From: Candidatus Saccharimonadota bacterium
GTDB lineage: Bacteria > Patescibacteriota > Saccharimonadia > Saccharimonadales > Saccharimonadaceae
DNA length: 43,453 nt
Assembly: GCA_013333845.2 (NCBI GenBank)
Contig: JABCNZ020000010.1
Span: 1-43,453, forward strand
Reading direction: 5' to 3'
In this document: positions 19,954 through 28,510 of the stretch, piece after piece
Layout of the letters: every line of letters begins with the position of its first letter
Numbering within the stretch: the stretch's first letter is position 1
Program-made: the position numbers and the translations under genes
The notes under the pieces: model-generated
The model's database searches: none
Seen by the model: only the letters and a program-made list of their open reading frames with translations
Told to the model about the DNA's origin: nothing

Positions 19954-20925
19954 TTTTTTGGTGCTGCGGACGACTCTTTTAGCTAGCGGTAATCCATGCC
20001 GCCAAACTGGATAAAACTGGCTCATTGGATAATCGTAAGTACCAGCTAAATTATTTTCATGACTGGCGAAACCGCGCTTGAAGTTGCTAACACCGTCGTT
20101 GAGCAGGCCGTTCATATCGTAGCGCTTAATTCCCTGCCGTTTACATTCGGTGATAGCGTGCCATTTCAATGCGTAATTAGCGCGCAAGGCTTGGCCGCGA
20201 TCGTTCATACCGCCGTATAGCTCAAATGAAGTTTCGCGGCTAGTCGCTAGCCAGAGAAATGATACCGGGTGGTTATCTTCGTAAGCAGCAAAAATCTGCG
20301 AGTTCTCCCCTAGTTTGTCGTGAATGTCGTAATAATACTGGTCGTCATGCAAAGCAAATTTAGCGCGTTTAGCAGTCTGCCGATAAATTTCGAGGCAAGC
20401 AGCGATGTCTTGGCGGGTTTTTATCGGTTTGATACTAAGTCCAACCCGGCCAGATTTACGGATATACTGGCGGGTTTTTTTAGTCATCGCGGCCAATAGT
20501 TCGTCGGTTGTATGAGTCAAATCCAAAATCAAAGTGCGCGATAGCAGAATATTGTTTGGCGATTGGCGCCAACCTTTGGCGCGGAGCGGATGTTCAGTAT
20601 CTGGCTCGATAGTTAGCGCAGCGCATGGCAGATTATGCTTAACGTAATTAACAATTGCCGTCAAAACATCGTCTTCCCTACCTTGTTTGTAAACTGGCCC
20701 GCGCGGAATGTAGCTTAACTGATTAAGCGGTTTAGGTAGGTTTCTCAGTAATATTTGCGCAGCGCCAATTGTTTCGTTGCCGTCAACTATAGTAATTCGC
20801 TGGACGCGCCAATTGTGCGCCGCTTTTACTTCTCCCCATCCCCAGAGCTGCAGCGGGTGCCCGCTAAACTTAGCAACAGTCTTGTCCCAGGCAGCTTTTT
20901 TGTCGCATAGTATTGTATCAATCAT
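19939..20925 (-). CDS. Second FemAB/FemX family aminoacyltransferase
   Basis: HPLQLWGWGEVK, YIPRGP, KTRQYIRKS, GVSNFKRGF; likely start MIDTIL 6 nt after TATACT. Confidence 0.88.
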   Translation of the reverse strand: MIDTILCDKKAAWDKTVAKFSGHPLQLWGWGEVKAAHNWRVQRITIVDGNETIGAAQILLRNLPKPLNQLSYIPRGPVYKQGREDDVLTAIVNYVKHNLPCAALTIEPDTEHPLRAKGWRQSPNNILLSRTLILDLTHTTDELLAAMTKKTRQYIRKSGRVGLSIKPIKTRQDIAACLEIYRQTAKRAKFALHDDQYYYDIHDKLGENSQIFAAYEDNHPVSFLWLATSRETSFELYGGMNDRGQALRANYALKWHAITECKRQGIKRYDMNGLLNDGVSNFKRGFASHENNLAGTYDYPMSQFYPVWRHGLPLAKRVVRSTKKLLGK

Positions 20926-21071
20926 ATGTTTAGTATACATCGTTTGTGCTATAATAGGATAGAACACAAACACGTGGAATAAAAAACAGCAAGAGGTGAG
21001 GAATAGCAAACTGTGGAATTGCTATGCTTGGTTATTTTGCTAATTTTCACGTGAAATGAATTGAGAATGAA

Positions 21072-23627
21072 ATGAGCTTAGCTAAAACTTATACTCCGAA
21101 CGAATATGAACCGTCAATTTACGCCTTGTGGGAAGAATCTGGCGTATTTAAACCGAAAGGGCAGGGCCAGCCGTACGCGATTGTGATGCCGCCGCCAAAT
21201 GCTAACGGCAATTTGCATGTCGGGCACGCTTTAGGGTCGGCAATTCAAGATATTTTAGTACGTTATCACCGTATGCAAGGCTATGATGCTGTGTACATAC
21301 CAGGGGCTGACCATGCCGGCTTTGAAACTTGGGTAGTTTACGAGCGCGAGCTAGAAAAGCACGGCCAGACGCGCTTTGACTTCAATCGCGAAGAATTATA
21401 CGCGCAGGTATGGGATTTCGTAGCTAAACGCCGCGGCGATATGGAATTACAACTGCGGGCGATTGGCGTGGGCGCTGATTGGGACGATTTGGTATTCACG
21501 CTCGACGATAAAGTTATCAAAACTGTCTACGATACTTTTGAAAAGATGTGGCAGGACGGCTATATTTATAGAGGCGAACGTATCGTTAATTACTGTACGC
21601 AGCATCAGACGAGTTTTTCGGACTACGAGGTTGTTCACAAGAATGAAAAAGGGAAGTTGTGGGAAATCGCTTATCCGCTAATCGATAAAGTCGGTGAAAT
21701 TATTATCGCTACGACGCGTCCCGAGACGATGTTTGGCGACGTAGCCGTAGCGGTCAATCCAAACGACGAGCGCTACAAAGACCTTGTCGGCTGCAAAGCG
21801 CTGCTGCCGATTGTTAAGCGCGAAATTCCCATCATCGCTGACGATTATGTCGATCCAGCTTATGGCACTGGTATGGTGAAAATTACACCAGCACACGATC
21901 CGAACGATTTCGAAGTGGGCAAGCGCCACAACTTGGAGTTAGTTCAGGTAATTGATTTCGACGGTAAAATGATCAATGTGCCAGGTCAATTTGTTGGTAT
22001 GACGGCGCTAGAAGCTCGTAAACGCGTTTTAGCAGCGCTCGAAATAGACGAATTGCTGCGCGGCGAAAAAGATATCGAGCACCAGGTTGGACATTGTTAC
22101 AAATGCGGTTCGGTCATCGAGCCGCTTGCCAAAGAGCAATGGTTCGTCAAAATGCACCAATTGGCCGATAACGCTATCGCGGCGATTGAGCGCAAGGAAG
22201 TGACGTTTACCCCTGAAAATAAAGGCGATGTTGTCATTAAGTACCTCAAAGATATCAAAGATTGGAATATCAGCCGCCAAATACCATGGGGCATTCCGAT
22301 TCCAATGTTTCAGTCCAAGACCAATCTAGACGATTGGCGCTACAGCACCGAAGTCGATAAGAAAGAAATCGTTGTAGATGGTACAACGTACCGCCGCGAG
22401 GAGGATACGCTTGATACTTGGTTCAGTAGCGGCCAGTGGCCGTATATCACTACCGATTATTTGGATGCTGGCAAACTGGCCAAGTATTATCCGAATACCG
22501 TCATGGAGACAGCAGGCGATATTTTGTTTGCATGGGTAGCGCGGATGATTATGCTGGGCTTGTATCGGACTGGCCAGGTGCCGTTCAAGTATGTGTACTT
22601 GCATGGTCTAGTGCTTGATGAAAAAGGTATCAAGATGAGCAAAAGCAAGGGCAATGTCATCAATCCGATGGAGACAGTGGCAAAATATGGCTCGGATGCA
22701 CTGCGTATGGGTATTATTGCTAGCCGCAGTGCTGCTCAACCGCAAGCGTTTAATACTGGCAAGGTGGTAGCAGCCCGCAATTTCTGCAACAAGCTGTGGA
22801 ATATTGCTCGCTATACTGAAAATTTGGTTGGCGACCGCACGCCAGCAGCTAGTCCGCAACTGCAATCGCTAGCCGATCATTGGATTGCTCGCCAACTAGA
22901 CGAGGCAGCACAGTCGCTAGATCGGCAGATTGCGACCTATCATTTTGCCGAGGCCGGCGAGACGATTTATCACACCGTTTGGGATGATGTAGCCGACTGG
23001 TATATCGAGGCTAGCAAAGTTGAGCAAAATATCGACATGAACGCGTATGTTTTAGACACAATTTTGCGGTTAACGCACCCATTCGCGCCGTTTTTGACTG
23101 AAACAATTTGGCAGGCTTTGCCGTGGCACGATACGATTTTAGCTAGTGAAACTATGCCAGACCGCCTAGAGTACGACGATATCGCTGCCGCTGCATTCGG
23201 CCGTTTGAAAGATTTAGTATCAGAAGCGCGCTACGTAGTTAGCGAGCTGCCGGGCAATAAACGTTATGGTCTGTTGTACATGGACGATTCGCTGGTGGCT
23301 GATAATATTGAACTTGTCAAGAAGCTAGCGCGCGTTACCTCGGTAGAACATGTTGATCGGGCTAGAGGATTACGCTTGGCTGCCAGCGGGCGAGACGTTT
23401 GGCTAGACATTGACGACGAAACTCTTTACGAGCATCAAGCTAACCTCGAGAAACGTTTAGCCGAAGAACGCCAGCATATCCGGACGCTCGAGACGCGCTT
23501 GGCAAATGATAACTATGTAGCCAAAGCTCCGCCGGCTCTAGTCGAGGAGTCGCGCAAGACACTCCGTGAAAAACAAGAGCTAATTACCCGGCTACAGAAC
23601 GAGCTGCAAGTTGTGTCGAACAAGTAA
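21072..23627 (+). CDS. valS: Valine--tRNA ligase
   Basis: PPPNANGNLHVGH, DWNISRQIPWG, DTWFSS, KMSKS, C-terminal coiled coil. Confidence 0.97.
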   Translation: MSLAKTYTPNEYEPSIYALWEESGVFKPKGQGQPYAIVMPPPNANGNLHVGHALGSAIQDILVRYHRMQGYDAVYIPGADHAGFETWVVYERELEKHGQTRFDFNREELYAQVWDFVAKRRGDMELQLRAIGVGADWDDLVFTLDDKVIKTVYDTFEKMWQDGYIYRGERIVNYCTQHQTSFSDYEVVHKNEKGKLWEIAYPLIDKVGEIIIATTRPETMFGDVAVAVNPNDERYKDLVGCKALLPIVKREIPIIADDYVDPAYGTGMVKITPAHDPNDFEVGKRHNLELVQVIDFDGKMINVPGQFVGMTALEARKRVLAALEIDELLRGEKDIEHQVGHCYKCGSVIEPLAKEQWFVKMHQLADNAIAAIERKEVTFTPENKGDVVIKYLKDIKDWNISRQIPWGIPIPMFQSKTNLDDWRYSTEVDKKEIVVDGTTYRREEDTLDTWFSSGQWPYITTDYLDAGKLAKYYPNTVMETAGDILFAWVARMIMLGLYRTGQVPFKYVYLHGLVLDEKGIKMSKSKGNVINPMETVAKYGSDALRMGIIASRSAAQPQAFNTGKVVAARNFCNKLWNIARYTENLVGDRTPAASPQLQSLADHWIARQLDEAAQSLDRQIATYHFAEAGETIYHTVWDDVADWYIEASKVEQNIDMNAYVLDTILRLTHPFAPFLTETIWQALPWHDTILASETMPDRLEYDDIAAAAFGRLKDLVSEARYVVSELPGNKRYGLLYMDDSLVADNIELVKKLARVTSVEHVDRARGLRLAASGRDVWLDIDDETLYEHQANLEKRLAEERQHIRTLETRLANDNYVAKAPPALVEESRKTLREKQELITRLQNELQVVSNK

Positions 23628-23630
23628 AAG

Positions 23631-23990
23631 CTAGTCGATAACTGGTAAATTCGTGTTATCAAAAGCGTGCCGGCCACCTTCTTCTAATAAGGCTAAAATG
23701 TTTTTGTGGTGATGGCGGCGATCTGGCGAAATGCTAGGCGATTGGTAGCGAAAACTGTTGCTGAGCATACCTTCTGATAGATTATGCTCGGAATGGGTGT
23801 GCTGCATTCGCGACTCGTTGATGGTTCGCAAATCTTGCGAACTGAGCTTTTGCATGGAATGATCATGCGTCAAACTGATATCAATAGCATGCCCGAAATG
23901 CCCGTCGTGGACAGCAACGCCGCTAGCTATCAGCAGACTGAGTGCGGCGAATAAGGCGTTAATGATGTGAGTAAAATATGTCATAATCAT
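23631..23990 (-). CDS. His-rich hypothetical protein with N-terminal hydrophobic segment
   Basis: 119 aa; HDGHFGH, HTHSEH, RRHHH. Confidence 0.6.
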   Translation of the reverse strand: MIMTYFTHIINALFAALSLLIASGVAVHDGHFGHAIDISLTHDHSMQKLSSQDLRTINESRMQHTHSEHNLSEGMLSNSFRYQSPSISPDRRHHHKNILALLEEGGRHAFDNTNLPVID

Positions 23991-24142
23991 GTTTATTTTA
24001 AGGTATTGTGCTTACAAATATAGCACAAGTATGATAAAAAGTCAATAGTATGTCATAAAATAAGATTATAAGTTAGTCTGAGGCAGTGTTTGAATGATTC
24101 GCAAACAGATTACCGCTAGGTTTTAGCGCGCAGGTTGGCTAT

Positions 24143-24598
24143 CTACTGGTGATGATATCTGCTGCCGCGAGCAATCTCTTGGGCCCGGTATAGCTGCTCG
24201 GCGAGGATCAATCGCACCAACTGATGCGGAAACACTAGCGGTGATAGCGACCAGACCAAGTTAGCGCGCTGTATCAGTGCTGCGCTGACACCAAAGGCGC
24301 CGCCGATAACTATCGTGATATTTTTACCTTGCACAAAGAGCTCGTTTAGCTGGCGCGATAGGGCAGGCGAGTCAAACATCTGGCCGCGTTCGTCGAGCAG
24401 AATTACGAAATCTTGGGGATGTAAACGCGCTAAAATTCGCTCAGACTCCTCTTGGCGGGCCTGCTGGCCATCTAGCTTGCTATGCGGTATCAATTGCCAC
24501 TCAAAACTCCAAGGCTGCTTGCAGCGCGTTTGGTAGCGTTTGATGCCGTTGGACACCCAATCCTCATGCTTTTTGCCAACGGCGATAACAGTGATCAT
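24143..24598 (-). CDS. rlmH: 23S rRNA m3Psi1915 methyltransferase
   Basis: IAVGK, LDERG, IGGAFG, FPHQLVRLILAEQLYRA..I..G..YH. Confidence 0.95.
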   Translation of the reverse strand: MITVIAVGKKHEDWVSNGIKRYQTRCKQPWSFEWQLIPHSKLDGQQARQEESERILARLHPQDFVILLDERGQMFDSPALSRQLNELFVQGKNITIVIGGAFGVSAALIQRANLVWSLSPLVFPHQLVRLILAEQLYRAQEIARGSRYHHQ

Positions 24599-25002
24599 AT
24601 GGCAATCAAGCGCTCTTTGATACCGTTGGCGATATTATCGAGCCGTTCATCTGAAATATCGACAGGGTAGTCGTGATGGAGCTGCAAGGTGTCGCGGTCA
24701 TACAGCGGCACTAGATGGATGTGGGCGTGCGGCACATCGAGGCCTTCAACGACTACGCCGACGCGCATAGGATTAAGCTCGGCCTGGATAGCCTGGGCGA
24801 TATTTTTGGCAGTTTGCCAGAGGTGAGCGTAAGTCTCGTTGTCGAGGTCCCAAATCAAATCAATTTGCTCTTTGGGTACCACTAACACATGCCCGTCGCT
24901 GAGCGGGTTGATATCGAGAAAGGCAATAACGTCATCGTCTTCGTAAACTTTGCGGCAAGGAATCTCGCCCTTGATAATTTTGGTAAAAATTGAATCGTCC
25001 AT
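24595..25002 (-). CDS. HIT family nucleotide hydrolase
   Basis: SIFTKIIKGEIP, GHVLVVPK, VPHAHIHLVP. Confidence 0.93.
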   Translation of the reverse strand: MDDSIFTKIIKGEIPCRKVYEDDDVIAFLDINPLSDGHVLVVPKEQIDLIWDLDNETYAHLWQTAKNIAQAIQAELNPMRVGVVVEGLDVPHAHIHLVPLYDRDTLQLHHDYPVDISDERLDNIANGIKERLIAI

Positions 25003-25004
25003 GA

Positions 25005-25170
25005 TTACTCCTTGTTTATCATAGTTTTTAGTTTATCAGACGCATAATATAGTACGGAAGCCCCCTGCTTGACAGAAAAGGTCAACCCTAAATTCAAGAG
25101 GCCTTTTATATCTTTATCAGCAGTTTGGCGAGAGATGGCGTTTAATTCTGCGCGCGAGGAAATGGTGGTA
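25005..25170 (-). pseudogene. Remnant of a wHTH-containing protein (possibly a Fic-family C-terminus)
   Basis: ISRQTADKDIKGLLNLG...KQGASVLYY resembles a winged-HTH; no credible start. Confidence 0.4.
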
Positions 25171-25220
25171 ATGTTAAAAATATGTAAAGTATATGTATGT
25201 AGTTTACATATTTTTAACAT
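25171..25220. repeat. Perfect 18-bp inverted repeat with 14-nt spacer
   Basis: ATGTTAAAAATATGTAAA (25171-25188) / TTTACATATTTTTAACAT (25203-25220). Confidence 0.85.
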
Positions 25221-25262
25221 ATTAGCAAAAAATAGCAGCGTAAGGTATAATTACCTATGTAA

Positions 25263-25352
<90 letters not shown>

Positions 25353-25401
25353 AGAGTAGCATAACCTTTTAGATTGGCAGTTTACGGCTGTTTTAGATAA
25401 T

Positions 25402-25572
25402 TTAAATTACGTCAGCATCATACACTAACTGGTTAGAAACACCAATAGCTGCACTATAATCAGTAGTCAATAAATCAATCCAGCCATGTCTAGTTTGATC
25501 GGCCCAATACTTGCAGCGCTCGACTGCTTGCTTGTAGGTCATTTGAGGGTATTGGCTGTTACTACTGCTCAT
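25402..25572 (-). pseudogene. Short ORF or fragment (MSSSNSQYPQMTYKQAVERCKYWADQ...)
   Basis: TATAAT 6 nt before ATG 25572; protein-like sequence that ends abruptly next to the tRNA. Confidence 0.35.
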
Positions 25573-25735
25573 ATTTATCATTATAACGGTCTTGATGATT
25601 CGTTTTGCGCGCACTGATCTCGTCAGCAATCGCAAATAGCGCACTCCAATCCTCTGGTTTATCGACATCTTTGTCTAGGTTACTCAATATAGACAATGCT
25701 TCTTGGGTTTTGTTGTCTGATGTCTCGTGTATCAT
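25562..25735 (-). CDS. 57-aa ORF or fragment MIHETSDNKTQEALSILSNLDKDVDKPEDWSALFAIADEI...
   Basis: Manual translation; amphipathic-helix character; below the ORF track cutoff. Confidence 0.35.
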   Translation of the reverse strand: MIHETSDNKTQEALSILSNLDKDVDKPEDWSALFAIADEISARKTNHQDRYNDKYEQ

Positions 25736-25814
25736 TCTATCTAGTTCTGTAAAATATCTATGGAAGTGAGCCAGTTTTTAGACATGGCTCAGGTCAGCTC
25801 TAGAGTCCTTTCAG

Positions 25815-26237
25815 TTAGGTGAGGGGAAGAGAAGGGTCGCGTCTGTACACAACCCTACGACCGTGCACGACTACGTGGCCGTGGCCGATACCGTCAGCCC
25901 TTCCGACACCTCCATAGAAGATGTCGAAGGTTGACGCTCCCTTGTGGCGCACCTTTATTGCACCAAGATACGACAGAGGGATTTTAGCTAGTGTAACAGC
26001 GGCGAAATCTCGTTGCTGTTGTGCTGATTTAAGTGCTCTCTTGGCCTCCTTGACCTTTGACTGAGCTTCATAGTACAGCTGCTCGGCCTCCTGTGATTGG
26101 GTTGTAGCTGTCTTAGCCTGTGACCGGGTCAAGGCGCGGTGACGCCTGGTGGCTTCTTTCGTTTTGCAGGCCTCTTGATATCGTTGCTTGGCAACGTTAA
26201 GGAATTTCTGTGCGCGATCCAGCTTAGACGACGACAC
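25815..26237 (-). CDS. Hypothetical coiled-coil protein with C-terminal DGIGHGHVVV motif
   Basis: 140 aa; AGAGAGGA RBS; own TAAAAT -10 and leader hairpin. Confidence 0.65.
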   Translation of the reverse strand: MSSSKLDRAQKFLNVAKQRYQEACKTKEATRRHRALTRSQAKTATTQSQEAEQLYYEAQSKVKEAKRALKSAQQQRDFAAVTLAKIPLSYLGAIKVRHKGASTFDIFYGGVGRADGIGHGHVVVHGRRVVYRRDPSLPLT

Positions 26238-26346
26238 AACAACAGTCCTCTCTGTAAAGGAGCGAAGTCACAGCGGTTGCTGCAACTTCGCTATTTTACA
26301 ACGTAAAGAGAATTTTAGCAATAGCCTGCTCAATAAGAGGCGAGCA

Positions 26347-27561
26347 TTACTTGCGGGCGAAGATTTCTTTGGCGCTGAGTTTGCGGTTGTATTCGAGCGC
26401 GCCAAAGCGGAAGATGCGTACGGCGATGGCAATGATGATAGCGGCAGAAACGGCCAGCAGGGCGATACCGATTACTGCTTCGCCGATTCCTAGATTGCCA
26501 GCGGCGTTGCGCAGCATCAGCGGGATTGGCGATGTCAGCGGGAAGAGCGACAAGAATTTTACTAGCAGTGCGTCTGGCATTGATATGAACATTGAAACGG
26601 CATAAAGCGGGCCGAACAGCAAAATCATTACTACGCCGAAAAAGCTGCCAGCTTCTTTGGCGGTCGGCACAGCGGCGCCGATAGCTACTAGCAGGCCGGT
26701 AAACATCATGAAGCTGCTAGCAAAGGCTAGAAAGCCGATACCGATACGTAGCGGGTCGATTGGCAAGCTACTGAGGTCGACTGATGGTAGCTTGAGCTGG
26801 TCGTGGAAAAACAAGTAGCCAATAAGCACCGGCAAGACCACCAGCAAGCCTTGGACTATTGCCAGAATTATTAGCGAGATAATTTTGCCGACGATTAAAG
26901 TTCGCGCTTCGATAGTGGTGAGAATCATCTCGATAACGCGATTTTCTTTTTCTTCGGTGGTGCTGGTCAGCATTTGATTGCCAAAGAAAGTGATTAGGAA
27001 ATAAAAGAGGATCAAAAAGATACCTGGCAAGATCATCTCTTGGACGCTGTCGTGAATTTTGCCGTCGCGGTAGATGGTGCTGGTTGAGTTGATTTTGCCT
27101 TGGATAATTTTTTGAATAGCCGGATTAACGTCTGACCGAACAGAGGTGGCTAATAGACTGTTAGCCAGGCTGCCGTAGCGGCCGTTGTCAAAAATACCGA
27201 CATCTTTACCATAAACTTCAATTGATTGCTGGTCGAGATTCTTTGGGTAGTAGATGTACGCATCAAGCTGGCCGTTTTTGACGCGGTCAATAGCGTTTTG
27301 CTTGTCGCTGGGATTAATTTCGGTGGCTTTCGAGGCGGCGATTAGCTGCGGTTTGACCATCTTTGATTCGTCGGTAATAGCAATGCTGAACGACTGGTTT
27401 TTGAGCTTTTCGGCAGCGTCGTTGGTAGCTTGATTGGACAAAAAGACCATCCCGAAAATTGCCGCAAACATCAGCGGAAAGCTAATTGCTAGAATCCAGA
27501 ATGATTTTTTCTTGAGGGCGCGAATAACCTCGAAACGAATGACAGTTGATAAATTATACAT
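26347..27561 (-). CDS. ABC-2 type transporter permease (NatB/YhaP-like)
   Basis: EEKENRVIEMIL, multiple TM helices; start MYNLSTV after GAGGAG. Confidence 0.88.
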   Translation of the reverse strand: MYNLSTVIRFEVIRALKKKSFWILAISFPLMFAAIFGMVFLSNQATNDAAEKLKNQSFSIAITDESKMVKPQLIAASKATEINPSDKQNAIDRVKNGQLDAYIYYPKNLDQQSIEVYGKDVGIFDNGRYGSLANSLLATSVRSDVNPAIQKIIQGKINSTSTIYRDGKIHDSVQEMILPGIFLILFYFLITFFGNQMLTSTTEEKENRVIEMILTTIEARTLIVGKIISLIILAIVQGLLVVLPVLIGYLFFHDQLKLPSVDLSSLPIDPLRIGIGFLAFASSFMMFTGLLVAIGAAVPTAKEAGSFFGVVMILLFGPLYAVSMFISMPDALLVKFLSLFPLTSPIPLMLRNAAGNLGIGEAVIGIALLAVSAAIIIAIAVRIFRFGALEYNRKLSAKEIFARK

Positions 27562-28294
27562 TTTGCTTCTCCTCGTTGTTGCGGCTGTAGACTTGAACAA
27601 AAATATCATCGAGCGACTTGCCGCCAAATTGCTTGCGAACGCTGGCGACGGTGCCGTAAGCGCGCGCTGCGCCATCCTTCAGCAGCAGTATGCGGTCGCA
27701 TAGGCGTTCAACTTCTTCCATCTGGTGGGTAATCATGACGACGGTAGCGCCTTTGGCCTGGTGCTCTTCGATAATTTCCATCAGTAGCCGGCGATTAACC
27801 GGGTCAAATCCTTTGGTTGGCTCGTCGAGGATTAGCAGTTCTGGGTTATCGATGACTGTGATACCGAGTTGGACTTTTTGTTGCTGGCCGCCGCTGAGCT
27901 TGTCGAGGCGAGTTTTGGCTTTGTCAAGTAGGTCAACGCGCTTCAAAAAATCAAGCGATTTTTGCCGAGCGTCGAGGCGGCTCATGCCTTTGAGCTGGCC
28001 GAAATAAGTCATGATGTCGATAACCGGCTCTTTTTTGTAAAGGCCGCGCTCTTCGGGCAGATAACCCAGTTTGATACCGCTTGATACCGAATAGGGTTTG
28101 CCGCCGACTAGCAGTTCGCCAGCAGTTGGCTGGTAAATGCCGAGTAAGGCGCGAATAGTGGTAGTTTTGCCTGAGCCGTTGCTGCCGAGAAAGCCGAATG
28201 TTTCGCCGCGCTTGACTTCGAAGCTTAGATCCTTGATGACTTCGGTTTTGCCGAACTGCATCTTGAAATGAGCAATAGAAATAATAGGTTCCAT
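27554..28294 (-). CDS. ABC transporter ATP-binding protein
   Basis: GSNGSGKTT, GYLPEERGLY, LSGGQQQK, LILDEPT; start 28294 or 28303. Confidence 0.92.
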   Translation of the reverse strand: MEPIISIAHFKMQFGKTEVIKDLSFEVKRGETFGFLGSNGSGKTTTIRALLGIYQPTAGELLVGGKPYSVSSGIKLGYLPEERGLYKKEPVIDIMTYFGQLKGMSRLDARQKSLDFLKRVDLLDKAKTRLDKLSGGQQQKVQLGITVIDNPELLILDEPTKGFDPVNRRLLMEIIEEHQAKGATVVMITHQMEEVERLCDRILLLKDGAARAYGTVASVRKQFGGKSLDDIFVQVYSRNNEEKQNV

Positions 28295-28354
28295 ATTTTC
28301 CATGATAGCATGGGCTAAACCAGTTGTGAAAATTACTAGCAAAAATGCTTGAAA

Positions 28355-28403
28355 AATCCATATTTAGCGTTTATGCTTGGTATACAGACGCTATATGTAT
28401 AGT
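28355..28403 (+). promoter_or_regulatory. Two tandem NrdR-box-like sites upstream of nrdA
   Basis: AATCCATATTTAGCGT (28355) and ACGCTATATGTATAGT (28388) versus consensus acaCwAtATaTwGtgt. Confidence 0.5.
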
Positions 28404-28510
28404 GTTTAGTAAAATAGACAAATATGCAAATAAATTGCGCAAAGCAGACCCAGATGGTCTAGCTAGTTTTTTGCGCTCAAAAATAGCAGCTAAAAATAAG
28501 AAAGGAAACG

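Noticed and set aside
20945..21071. Canonical T-box riboswitch upstream of valS
   Set aside because: Too short and lacks the T-box antiterminator consensus and terminator.
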